Positions 40,485 to 50,800 of a stretch of 64,000 nucleotides of DNA are shown here, piece by piece (positions within the stretch are counted from its first letter, which is position 1; every line of letters begins with the position of its first letter). Position numbers and translations under genes: made by a program. Source of the DNA: Escherichia coli (lineage in GTDB: Bacteria > Pseudomonadota > Gammaproteobacteria > Enterobacterales > Enterobacteriaceae). The notes beneath the pieces are model-generated. The model made no database searches. It was not told the origin of the DNA and saw nothing but the letters and a program-made list of their open reading frames with translations. The stretch lies in the NCBI RefSeq assembly GCF_011045215.1, contig NZ_CP049201.1; one strand, given 5' to 3'.

Positions 40485-41030
40485 CGTAGGCCGGATAAGG
40501 CGTTCACGCCGCATCCGGCATCCGAGCACCATTGCCTGATGCGACGCTTACGCGTCTTATCAGGCCTACAAACCTGTGCCTGAACCGTAGGCCGGAGAAG
40601 GCGTTCACGCCGCATCCGGCATCCGAGCACCATTGCCTGATGCGACGCTTACGCGTCTTATCAGGCCTACAAACCTGTGCCTGAACCGTAGGCCGGAGAA
40701 GGCGTTCACGCCGCATCCGGCATCCGAGCACCATTGCCTGATGCGACGCTTACGCGTCTTATCAGGCCTACAAACCTGTGCCTGAACCGTAGGCCGGAGA
40801 AGGCGTTCACGCCGCATCCGGCATCCGAGCACCATTGCCTGATGCGACGCTTACGCGTCTTATCAGGCCTACAAACCTGTGCCTGAACCGTAGGCCGGAG
40901 AAGGCGTTCACGCCGCATCCGGCATCCGAGCACCATTGCCTGATGCGACGCTTACGCGTCTTATCAGGCCTACAAACCTGTGCCTGAACCGTAGGCCGGA
41001 GAAGGCGTTCACACCGCATCCGGCAGTCAT
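40485..41030. repeat. tandem array of REP-containing units (BIME-like), five full 101-bp copies plus a degenerate sixth
   Basis: Unit cgtaggccggagaaggcgttcacgccgcatccggcatccgagcaccattgcctgatgcgacgcttacgcgtcttatcaggcctacaaacctgtgcctgaac recurs starting at 40485, 40586, 40687, 40788, 40889 (period exactly 101 bp); generates the identical 76-aa track ORFs on the minus strand. Confidence 0.9.
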
Positions 41031-41081
41031 GCGTCGATGCCAAATGCGCCGCCCTAAAGCAGCGCATCCGCAATGACGTAC

Positions 41082-43586
41082 TTATTCCTTCGGTTTAAAC
41101 CGCAGCAACCGGTTGGCGTTACTCACTACGGTAATCGACGAGAGCGCCATTGCCGCTCCGGCAACCACCGGGTTAAGCAGTGTTCCAGTAAACGGCCACA
41201 AAATACCGGCGGCAACCGGAATACCGATGCTGTTGTAGATAAACGCGCCGAGCAGGTTCTGCTTCATGTTGCGCAGCGTTGCGCGGGAAATAGCGAGCGC
41301 ATCCGCAACGCCCATCAGGCTATGGCGCATCAGGGTAATCGCCGCGGTTTCAATAGCAACATCACTGCCGCCACCCATCGCAATGCCGACATCCGCCTGA
41401 GCCAGCGCTGGCGCGTCGTTAATGCCGTCGCCCACCATTGCCACCTGACGTCCTTCACTTTGCAGACGTTTGATCGCTTCGGCTTTACCGTCTGGCAGCA
41501 CCCCGGCGATCACCTCATCAATCCCTGCTTCTTTGGCGATCGCATTGGCGGTGGTTGGGTTATCCCCGGTCAACATCACCAGACGATATCCCGCTTTATG
41601 CAGGCGTTGCAGCGCCGCCACGCTATCACTACGCAACGGATCGCGTACAGCCAGCAGGGCTACCGCTTTCCCGTCAACCGCCAGCAGCACTGGCGTTGCC
41701 CCTTGCGATGCCTGAGCTGAAATATCTGCTTCAATCGCTTTAGTATCAACTTGCTGGTCATTTAACAGCGCCTGATTGCCCAGCAATAACGCATGACCTT
41801 CAGCTTCACCGCTCACGCCCAGCCCGCGCAATGTGCGGAAACCGTTGACCTGCGGCAGCTGCATATCGCTTGCTTTATCGAGGATCGCCCGTGCCAGCGG
41901 ATGGCTGGAACCTTGTTCCAGTGCCGCCGCCAGACGCAGCGCCTGCGCTTCGTCAAAATCAGCAAATGTTTTCACTGCGACAACCTGCGGCTTCCCTTCG
42001 GTCAGCGTCCCGGTTTTATCGAACACGACGGTATCGAGTGTACTGGCGCGTTGCAGCGCGTCGGCGTCCCGCACCAGCACGCCAAACTCAGCCGCCCGCC
42101 CGACGCCGGAAATAATCGACATCGGCGTCGCCAGCCCCAGCGCACACGGACAGGCAATAATCAGCACCGTGGTGGCAATCACCAGGGTATAGACAATCTG
42201 CGGTGCCGGACCAAAGAAATACCAGATTGCCGCACTGACAAGCGCAATCACCACTACTACCGGCACAAATACGGCTGAGATTTTATCCGCCAGCTGACCG
42301 ATTTCTGGCTTGCTGCTCTGGGCCTGGCGCACCATACGAATAATCCTTGATAACGTGGTATGGCTGCCAACCGCACTGGCGCGAAACAGCACGCTACCGT
42401 CCTGCACCACTGTCCCGGCATGGACGCTATCGCCTTCGCCTTTTTGCTGCGGGATAGGTTCGCCCGTCAGCATCGCTTCATCCAGCCATGCTTCGCCTTG
42501 GGTAATCTCGCCATCTACCGGCACGCGATCGCCGGTCGTCAGGCGCAGCAACATACCTGGCTGCACTTCCGCCAGCGGCACGCTTTTTTCACCTTCGTCA
42601 GTAACCAGGCGCGCCGTCGGTGGGGTTAAATCGAGTAATTTCTCCAGCGCCTTAGAAGAACGCTGACGTGCGCGCGCTTCCAGCATATGACCGAGATTAA
42701 TCAGACCGATAATCATCGCACTGGCTTCATAGTAAAGATGCCGCGCTTCCATCGGGAACCACTGCGGCCACAGGTTGACGCTCATCGAATAGAGCCACGC
42801 CACACCCGTACCCAGCGCCACCAGCGTATCCATCGTCGCCGCACCGTTCAGCAGGCTTTTCCATGCACTGCGGTAAAAATGGCCGCCGGCGAAAACCATC
42901 ACTGCCAGGGTTATCAGGCCGATAACCAACCACAGGCTGCGGTTGTCAGCGGTGACCATCATGTTATCGCCGATCATCCCCCAGACCATCACCGGGATAC
43001 CCACCGCCAGTGCGACAATCGCCTGCCAGCGGAAGCGCTTCATCGTAGCGACGGCGGTTTCCTGCTGGCGCTCGCGGCGTTTAGCGTCATCTTCAATCGC
43101 TTCCGCGCCGTAGCCCGCTTTTTCCACCGCCTGCACTAAATCTTGTGGGGAGGCACTGCCCATCACCAGCGCAGTACGCTCCGCCAGGTTTACCCGTGCC
43201 TGAGTGACGCCCGGTACGCTTTGCAGCGCATTTTGTACGCGGGTGACACAGCTGGCGCAGCTCATGCCGCTCAGCAGCAACTGCTGGCTGTCATCGTCAT
43301 CGGCAGTCGCTGCCGGAAGCGCCTCAGAAACCGCTGTCAGTGCTTCCGACGGGATTGATGACTCCGCCAGCGGTTTAGCCTTTGGGTGGCTTACAGATGC
43401 GTCATAACCCGCTTGTTTGATGGTTTCGATCAGCTGTTCTGCACTGGCAGTCCCGGTAACGTGCGCTTCAGTGATAGACACATCCGCTTGTTCCACATCC
43501 GGGCGCTGTTCGAGACTTTCTTTCACGCGTTTAACGCAGTGACCGCAGGACAGGCCGTCCAGGGTCAGGTCGATAGTTTGTGACAT
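41082..43586 (-). CDS. copA: Cu(I)-translocating P1B-type ATPase CopA
   Basis: 834-aa ORF with two N-terminal CxxC metal-binding domains (GLSCGHC, GMSCASC), CPC motif in the TM region, DKTGTLT phosphorylation site. Confidence 0.97.
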   Translation of the reverse strand: MSQTIDLTLDGLSCGHCVKRVKESLEQRPDVEQADVSITEAHVTGTASAEQLIETIKQAGYDASVSHPKAKPLAESSIPSEALTAVSEALPAATADDDDSQQLLLSGMSCASCVTRVQNALQSVPGVTQARVNLAERTALVMGSASPQDLVQAVEKAGYGAEAIEDDAKRRERQQETAVATMKRFRWQAIVALAVGIPVMVWGMIGDNMMVTADNRSLWLVIGLITLAVMVFAGGHFYRSAWKSLLNGAATMDTLVALGTGVAWLYSMSVNLWPQWFPMEARHLYYEASAMIIGLINLGHMLEARARQRSSKALEKLLDLTPPTARLVTDEGEKSVPLAEVQPGMLLRLTTGDRVPVDGEITQGEAWLDEAMLTGEPIPQQKGEGDSVHAGTVVQDGSVLFRASAVGSHTTLSRIIRMVRQAQSSKPEIGQLADKISAVFVPVVVVIALVSAAIWYFFGPAPQIVYTLVIATTVLIIACPCALGLATPMSIISGVGRAAEFGVLVRDADALQRASTLDTVVFDKTGTLTEGKPQVVAVKTFADFDEAQALRLAAALEQGSSHPLARAILDKASDMQLPQVNGFRTLRGLGVSGEAEGHALLLGNQALLNDQQVDTKAIEADISAQASQGATPVLLAVDGKAVALLAVRDPLRSDSVAALQRLHKAGYRLVMLTGDNPTTANAIAKEAGIDEVIAGVLPDGKAEAIKRLQSEGRQVAMVGDGINDAPALAQADVGIAMGGGSDVAIETAAITLMRHSLMGVADALAISRATLRNMKQNLLGAFIYNSIGIPVAAGILWPFTGTLLNPVVAGAAMALSSITVVSNANRLLRFKPKE
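43375..43386 (-). promoter_or_regulatory. copA programmed -1 frameshift site producing the 70-aa chaperone CopA(Z)
   Basis: Minus-strand heptamer C CCA AAG at codons 67-69 (43380-43386); the -1 frame reads CCC AAA GGC TAA, terminating after the first metal-binding domain at 70 aa. Confidence 0.75.
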
Positions 43587-43625
43587 AAAACACTCCTTTA
43601 AGACAGTTTTGACTGGCTGTGATAA

Positions 43626-43656
43626 AGGTTAAACCTTCCAGCAAGGGGAAGGTCAA
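43626..43656 (-). promoter_or_regulatory. copA promoter with CueR (MerR-family) operator in a 19-bp spacer
   Basis: Minus strand reads TTGACC-ttccccttgctggaaggtt-TAACCT; the spacer contains the dyad ccttcc-N7-ggaagg typical of the CueR box. Confidence 0.8.
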
Positions 43657-43847
43657 GAAATTAATAACCCAGGCGAGTAAAAGTCCGTAAAGATTAAAAA
43701 ATCGGCTCGATTTGCATCAGGATTAGACATTTATCTCTTTGTTTTCCTGTAGTTAAGTTGCGGGTGCTAAGTTAAATCAGGATGCCTGAAAATCGGCACC
43801 GGGGTGAGGAATTACCTCCCGCATCTATAAAAAGGAGTTAACAAAAG

Positions 43848-44780
43848 ATGTTAGATGCAAACAAATTACAGCAGGCAGTGGATCAGGCTTACACCCAATT
43901 TCACTCACTTAACGGCGGACAAAATGCCGATTACATTCCCTTTCTGGCGAATGTACCAGGTCAACTGGCAGCAGTGGCTATCGTGACCAGCGATGGCAAC
44001 GTCTATAGTGCGGGTGACAGTGATTACCGCTTTGCGCTGGAATCCATCTCGAAAGTCTGTACGTTAGCCCTTGCGTTAGAAGATGTCGGCCCGCAGGCGG
44101 TACAGGACAAAATTGGCGCTGACCCGACCGGATTGCCCTTTAACTCAGTTATCGCCTTAGAGTTGCATGGCGGCAAACCGCTGTCGCCACTGGTAAATGC
44201 TGGCGCTATTGCCACCACCAGCCTGATTAACGCTGAAAATGCCGAACAACGCTGGCAGCGAATTTTACATATCCAACAGCAACTGGCTGGTGAGCTGGTA
44301 GCGCTCTCTGACGAAGTCAACCAGTCGGAACAAACAACCAACTTCCATAACCGGGCCATTGCCTGGCTGCTGTACTCCGCCGGATATCTCTATTGTGATG
44401 CAATGGAAGCCTGTGACGTGTACACCCGTCAGTGCTCCACGCTCATCAATACTGTTGAACTGGCAACGCTTGGCGCGACGCTGGCGGCGGGTGGTGTGAA
44501 TCCGTTGACGCATAAACGCGTTCTTCAGGCCGACAACGTGCCGTACATTCTGGCCGAAATGATGATGGAAGGGCTGTATGGTCGCTCCGGTGACTGGGCG
44601 TATCGTGTTGGTTTACCGGGCAAAAGCGGTGTAGGTGGCGGTATTCTGGCGGTCGTCCCTGGAGTGATGGGAATTGCCGCGTTCTCACCACCGCTGGACG
44701 AAGAAGGCAACAGTGTTCGCGGTCAAAAAATGGTGGCATCGGTCGCTAAGCAACTCGGCTATAACGTGTTTAAGGGCTGA
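43848..44780 (+). CDS. glsA: glutaminase 1 (serine-dependent beta-lactamase-like fold)
   Basis: 310-aa ORF MLDANKLQQAVDQAYTQFHSLNGGQNADYIPFLANVPGQ... Confidence 0.92.
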   Translation: MLDANKLQQAVDQAYTQFHSLNGGQNADYIPFLANVPGQLAAVAIVTSDGNVYSAGDSDYRFALESISKVCTLALALEDVGPQAVQDKIGADPTGLPFNSVIALELHGGKPLSPLVNAGAIATTSLINAENAEQRWQRILHIQQQLAGELVALSDEVNQSEQTTNFHNRAIAWLLYSAGYLYCDAMEACDVYTRQCSTLINTVELATLGATLAAGGVNPLTHKRVLQADNVPYILAEMMMEGLYGRSGDWAYRVGLPGKSGVGGGILAVVPGVMGIAAFSPPLDEEGNSVRGQKMVASVAKQLGYNVFKG

Positions 44781-44782
44781 TC

Positions 44783-46075
44783 ATGATGAACACGGAAGGT
44801 AATAACGGTAACAAACCTCTCGGTCTATGGAACGTCGTTTCCATCGGCATTGGGGCAATGGTGGGGGCGGGGATCTTCGCGCTGCTGGGGCAGGCTGCGT
44901 TGCTAATGGAAGCCTCGACATGGGTCGCCTTTGCTTTTGGCGGTATTGTGGCGATGTTTTCCGGTTATGCCTATGCGCGTCTGGGGGCGAGCTATCCCAG
45001 CAATGGCGGCATTATCGACTTCTTTCGTCGCGGATTAGGCAACGGCGTCTTTTCGCTGGCGCTCTCGTTACTGTACCTGTTGACGCTGGCGGTGAGCATC
45101 GCCATGGTCGCCCGTGCTTTTGGCGCTTATGCCGTGCAGTTTTTGCATGAAGGCAGCCAGGAGGAGCACCTTATTTTGCTCTACGCGTTGGGGATCATTG
45201 CGGTGATGACGCTTTTCAACTCCTTAAGCAACCATGCGGTAGGGCGGCTGGAAGTGATCCTCGTCGGCATTAAAATGATGATCCTGTTATTGCTGATTAT
45301 TGCCGGTGTCTGGTCGCTGCAACCGGCGCATATTTCCGTCTCTGCGCCCCCCAGCTCCGGTGCGTTCTTCTCCTGTATCGGGATAACCTTCCTTGCCTAT
45401 GCGGGCTTTGGCATGATGGCGAACGCGGCGGATAAAGTGAAAGATCCGCAGGTCATTATGCCACGGGCGTTTCTGGTGGCGATTGGCGTTACCACGTTGC
45501 TTTATATCTCGCTGGCGCTGGTTTTGCTTAGCGATGTATCGGCATTAGAGTTAGAAAAATATGCCGATACCGCCGTAGCGCAGGCAGCTTCTCCGCTGCT
45601 CGGGCATGTGGGTTATGTGATCGTCGTCATCGGCGCTTTACTGGCGACGGCTTCAGCCATCAACGCGAACCTGTTCGCCGTGTTTAACATCATGGACAAC
45701 ATGGGCAGCGAACGCGAACTGCCGAAGCTAATGAATAAATCCCTGTGGCGGCAGAGTACCTGGGGCAACATCATTGTCGTGGTGTTGATTATGCTGATGA
45801 CGGCGGCACTAAATTTAGGCTCACTCGCCAGCGTTGCCAGCGCCACCTTTTTGATTTGCTATCTGGCGGTGTTTGTGGTGGCGATCCGCCTGCGTCATGA
45901 TATTCACGCCTCGTTGCCGATTCTTATCGTAGGTACGTTGGTGATGTTGTTGGTGATCGTTGGCTTTATCTACAGCCTGTGGTCCCAGGGCAGCCGTGCG
46001 TTGATATGGATTATTGGTGCAATCTTACTCAGCCTTATTGTGGCAATGGTCATGAAGCGTAATAAAACCGTATAA
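44783..46075 (+). CDS. ybaT: APC-superfamily amino-acid transporter YbaT
   Basis: 430-aa polytopic membrane ORF 3 nt downstream of glsA (probable operon). Confidence 0.9.
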   Translation: MMNTEGNNGNKPLGLWNVVSIGIGAMVGAGIFALLGQAALLMEASTWVAFAFGGIVAMFSGYAYARLGASYPSNGGIIDFFRRGLGNGVFSLALSLLYLLTLAVSIAMVARAFGAYAVQFLHEGSQEEHLILLYALGIIAVMTLFNSLSNHAVGRLEVILVGIKMMILLLLIIAGVWSLQPAHISVSAPPSSGAFFSCIGITFLAYAGFGMMANAADKVKDPQVIMPRAFLVAIGVTTLLYISLALVLLSDVSALELEKYADTAVAQAASPLLGHVGYVIVVIGALLATASAINANLFAVFNIMDNMGSERELPKLMNKSLWRQSTWGNIIVVVLIMLMTAALNLGSLASVASATFLICYLAVFVVAIRLRHDIHASLPILIVGTLVMLLVIVGFIYSLWSQGSRALIWIIGAILLSLIVAMVMKRNKTV

Positions 46076-46412
46076 CACCTCTCTGTGCGCAGTACTTTCT
46101 GTACTGCGCCTTTGTCTTTAATTCAAATTACCTTTCTTATTCCTTTAATAAATAAGTCACAAAAAAATGATATATACGCGATAAATCTGTGATGCTAATC
46201 ACTTATTACCGTGGATTATTCTTAATGTGTATGATGGTAATCTAAAAGTCGTAGTGTATTCTAAATAAATAACGTATAAGCTTTTTAGCTGCATTTCTTT
46301 GCCCATATCAATGATCGACAAAAGAGATGCACAAGTTATTACCCTTCTTAATAAAATGAGACTGGTTATAAAAACCAGTTAAAATAATGACCTGGAAGGA
46401 AGTGACTTACCT

Positions 46413-47768
46413 ATGGCGCGATTCCAGTTTAAAAACCGTAAAAATAATGGACTTATTTTTTTAATAAGTTTTATGGTGATGGGAGAAGCTGCAATTGCTG
46501 CACCGCTGCCACAATGGGCGAATGCCCCAGCGGTAACGCCAGTTGCCCGATTATCTTTACAGGAAAGTATATTACGCGCCTTTGCGCGAAATCCCGACGT
46601 CACTCAACAGGCGGCGCAGATAGGCATTGGCGAAGCGCAAATTGATGAAGCCAAAAGTGCCTGGTATCCGCACGTTGGATTAACCGGCAACGCGGGGCCG
46701 TCCCGACAAACGGACTCCAGCGGCAGGCTTGATAACAACGTTTCGTATGGCATAACCCTGACACAACTGGTGTATGACTTTGGTAAAACTAACAACGATA
46801 TCAATCTGCAAACTGCCGCCCGTGACAGCTACCGCTTTAAATTGATGGCTACCTTAACCGATGTTGCAGAGAAAACGGCGACTGCCTATATGGAAGTCAG
46901 TCGTTATCAGGCTTTGTGCGATGCGGCTCAACGCAATATTCACTCGCTGGAAAACGTCTACAACATGGCGGCATTGCGCGCTAACGCTGGCCTGAACTCA
47001 TCGTCGGATGAATTACAGGCCCAGACGCGTATTGCCGGAATGCGCTCAACGCTGGAGCAATATCAGGCGCAGATGGCGAGCGCCAAAGCGCAACTGGCGG
47101 TGCTCACTGGCGTACAGCCAGAGGCGATAGCCGCGCCACCTGCTGAATTAGCCGAGCAGCCGGTATCGCTGAAGAATATTGATTACCAGTCCATCCCGCT
47201 GGTGCTGGCGGCAGAAAACTTACGCCAGTCAGCACAGTACGGCGTGGAAAAAACGAAAGCGCAATACTGGCCAACGCTCAGTATTCAGGGGGGTAAAACG
47301 CGCTACCAGACCAGCGACCGCTCGTATTGGGATGATCAGCTACAACTGAACGTTAACGCGCCGCTGTATCAAGGCGGCGCGGTTTCTGCCCAGGTGCAAC
47401 AGGCCGAAGGGCAACAAAAAATCTCTGCCTCGCAGGTCGAACAGGCAAAACTGGATGTGCTGCAACGAGCGTCTGTGGCATATGCGAACTGGACCGGCGC
47501 ACGGGGTCGCGAAGAAGCCGGTTTAGCGCAATCCGAAAGTGCGCACAAAACGCGAGATGTGTACCAAAATGAATATAAATTGGGTAAACGCAGTCTGAAT
47601 GATCTATTAACCGTCGAGCAAGATGTCTTTCAGGCGCAATCGGCTGAAATAAATGCCAATTATGATGGCTGGGTCGCCGCCGTAAATTATGCCGCTGCGG
47701 TGAATAACCTTATTCCTTTAGCGGGAATTAAACAGGGCTTATACAACGACTTACCCGACTTGAAATAA
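46413..47768 (+). CDS. TolC-family outer-membrane channel, probable type I secretion outer membrane protein
   Basis: 451-aa ORF with N-terminal signal-like hydrophobic segment (LIFLISFMVMGEAAIAAP); TolC-like composition and helical repeat pattern (LSLQESILRAFARNPDV, ...YDFGKT..., coiled-coil Q/A-rich segments); sits immediately upstream of the giant repeat protein gene; preceded by an AT-rich region. Confidence 0.7.
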   Translation: MARFQFKNRKNNGLIFLISFMVMGEAAIAAPLPQWANAPAVTPVARLSLQESILRAFARNPDVTQQAAQIGIGEAQIDEAKSAWYPHVGLTGNAGPSRQTDSSGRLDNNVSYGITLTQLVYDFGKTNNDINLQTAARDSYRFKLMATLTDVAEKTATAYMEVSRYQALCDAAQRNIHSLENVYNMAALRANAGLNSSSDELQAQTRIAGMRSTLEQYQAQMASAKAQLAVLTGVQPEAIAAPPAELAEQPVSLKNIDYQSIPLVLAAENLRQSAQYGVEKTKAQYWPTLSIQGGKTRYQTSDRSYWDDQLQLNVNAPLYQGGAVSAQVQQAEGQQKISASQVEQAKLDVLQRASVAYANWTGARGREEAGLAQSESAHKTRDVYQNEYKLGKRSLNDLLTVEQDVFQAQSAEINANYDGWVAAVNYAAAVNNLIPLAGIKQGLYNDLPDLK

Positions 47769-47870
47769 TCCTGCCATTATTAATAGTGGGCCGTTGTTAA
47801 GTGATTACCTTTGTCTTATTTAGATAAATGGACTCGCTAAGGATGTGCGCCATTTATCAGGAATGCTATT

Positions 47871-50800
47871 ATGAGCCTGATTATTGATGTTATTTCGCGT
47901 AAAACATCCGTCAAACAAACGCTGATTAATCCTGGCGACGTCACGGTTGTTATTTATGAGCCTTCCGTGGTGCAGGTTCATGCTCAGGCCTCTGCCGTTG
48001 CGCGTTACGTCCGTGAAGGAAATGACCTGCTGATCTATTTGCAGGACGGCACGGTGATCCGCTGCAACGGTTATTTCCTGCAAGCGGCGAATACAGCTGA
48101 ACAATCGGAACTGGTGTTTGCCGATGGTCAACAGCTAACCCATGTCACCTTCGCCGATACTGCTGCGGGTGGATTAGCCCCCGTAGAACTGACTGCCCAG
48201 ACCACTGCGATTGAAAGCATTGCGCCATTTCTTGATACCGTTGCTCAGACCAGCGCCTTCCCGTGGGGTTGGCTGGCGGGGGCGGCGGTAGGTGGCGGTG
48301 CGCTTGGTGCACTGCTGGCAAGCGGTGGCGATGGCGACTCGAAAACAGAAGTGATTAATAACCCTACGCCACCTGCTGAGCCTGGCAACGCCACACCATC
48401 ATTTTTAGTTACCGATAATCAGGGCGATCAGCGCGGCATTCTCGCCACCAATGACATCACCGATGACACCACGCCAACCTTTAGCGGCAGCGGGCAGGCG
48501 GGGGCGACTATTCAGATTAAAGACAGTAACGGCAATACTATTGCCAGTACTCAGGTAGACAACAACGGTCACTGGAGTGTCTCGTTACCCACGCAAAGTG
48601 CAGGTGAACATACCTGGTCAGTGGTGCAAATTGTCGGCAGTACCATCACTGACGCCGGTTCGATAACGTTAACCATCGACAATAGTCAGGCCAGCGTGCA
48701 GGTTGCCACCACCGCAGGCGATAACATTATTAACGCCAGCGAACAGGCCGCCGGGTTTACGCTTTCTGGCACCAGTAGCCATCTGGCACAGGGAACAGAA
48801 CTCACCGTCACACTTAACGGCAAAACCTACACCACCAGCGTAGGCGCTAACGGTGCCTGGAGCGTGCAGGTGCCGACCGCCGATGCACAGGCGTTAGGCG
48901 AAGGGAATCAGGCGGTACTGGTCAGTGGGAAAGACACCACAGGCAATACGGTCACCGGCGCGCAGCTGCTAACGGTCGATACCCAACCGCCAACGCTTGC
49001 CATCAACACCATCGCTCAGGACAACATCATCAGTGCTGCGGAACATAACGTCGCGCTGGTACTGAGCGGCACGTCGAATGCAGAAGCGGGGCAAACCGTA
49101 ACACTGACCGTCAACGGGAAAAGCCATACAGCAACCGTCGGTAGCGACGGAACCTGGCAAGTGACGCTGCCTGCCACGGAAGTCCAGGCACTGGCGGAGG
49201 GTAATTACGCTGTCAATGCCAGTGTCAGCGATCGGGCAGGGAACACCACCAGCCACAGCGCGAATCTCACGGTAGACACCTCAGCACCCGTGGTCAGTGT
49301 TAATACCGTGGCGGGCGACGATATTCTTAATAATGCCGAGCAGGCCGTCGCGCAGATCATCTCCGGACAAGTTAGCGGTGCTTCTCCTGGCGATACGGTA
49401 ACGGTGAAATTGGGCACTCATGTCCTGACGGGCATCGTGCTGGCAGATGGCAGCTGGAATGTGGCGTTGGACCCGGCGGTAACCCGCACGCTGGATCGCG
49501 GAGCCAATACGATTTTCGTCACCGTGACAGATGCTGCAGGAAATACTGGCGCGGCGTCTCGAGCAATCACGCTGGTCGGTGTTTCTCCGTTGATCACCAT
49601 TAACACCGTCTCCGGCGATGACATTATCAGTGGCGCAGAAAAAGGTGCGCCACTGACCCTTACCGGTAGCACTCAACAGGCTGAGACAGGACAAACCGTC
49701 ACAGTAACCCTGGCTGGACAGAGTTTTACCACTACCGTGCAGGCCGATGGCTCCTGGAGTCTGACGGTACCTGCCGCCGCGATGGGAAATCTGCCTGACG
49801 GCGCGGTGGCGATTACCGCTTCTGTGACGGATCTCAGCGGCAATACCGGCAACACCTCCCGCACCATTACCGTCGACAGCCAGGCCCCGGCCTTAAGCAT
49901 TGATCCACTGACCGCTGATAACATCATTAACGCCGCCGAAAGCGGGCAGGATCTGCCCATCACCGGCACCACCGACGCTCAGCCGGGGCAGACGGTGACC
50001 GTTACGTTAAATGGGCAGACGTATCAGGGCGTCGTGCAGCCAGACGGCACCTGGAGCGTGACTGTGCCCGCCGCCAACGTGGGCGCACTGGCTGACGGCA
50101 ACGCTACGGTCACCGCCAACGTGAACGATGTCGCCGGTAATCCGAGCAGCGTCTCACGCGTGGCGCTGGTCGATGCCACGCCGCCGGTGGTGACCATTAA
50201 TCCGGTGGCGACCGATAACGTCATTAACACGCCGGAACATACCCAGGCGCAAATCATCAGCGGTACGGTTACTGGCGCTCAGGCGGGCGATATCGTCACC
50301 GTGACGCTGAATAATGTGAATTACACCACGGTGGTGGATGGTTCCGGCAACTGGAGCCTGGGCGTTCCGGCCTCGGTGGTCAGTGGGCTGGCGGACGGCA
50401 GTTATCCTGTCAGCGTCTCGGTAACCGACAAAGCCGGAAACACGGGCAGCCAGTCACTGACTGTCACGGTCAATACCGCAGCGCCCCTTATCGGCATTAA
50501 CAGCATTGCGGGCGATGATGTGATTAATGCCAGCGAAAAAGGGGCCGATCTCCAGATTACCGGCACCAGCGATCAGCCAGTGGGTACCGCCATCACCGTG
50601 ACGCTCAACGGGCAAAACTATGCGGCGACGACCGATGCCTCCGGCAACTGGAGCGTCAACGTTCCGGCATCGGCGGTAACCGCACTGGGCCAGGCCAACT
50701 ACACGGTAACGGCGGCGGTAACCAGCGATATCGGCAACAGCACCACCGCCAGCCATAATGTGCTGGTCGACAGCGCGCTGCCCGGCGTGACCATTAACCC

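Noticed and set aside
40485-41030. Possible CRISPR array
   Set aside because: Units are 101 bp with no alternating unique spacers; each unit is a REP palindrome pair, and no cas genes are adjacent.
40229-41073. Four near-identical 76-88-aa minus-strand ORFs (MVLGCRMRRERLLRPTVQAQVCRPDKTRKRR...)
   Set aside because: Artefacts of the 101-bp REP tandem array; identical translations arise because each repeat unit lacks stop codons in that frame.
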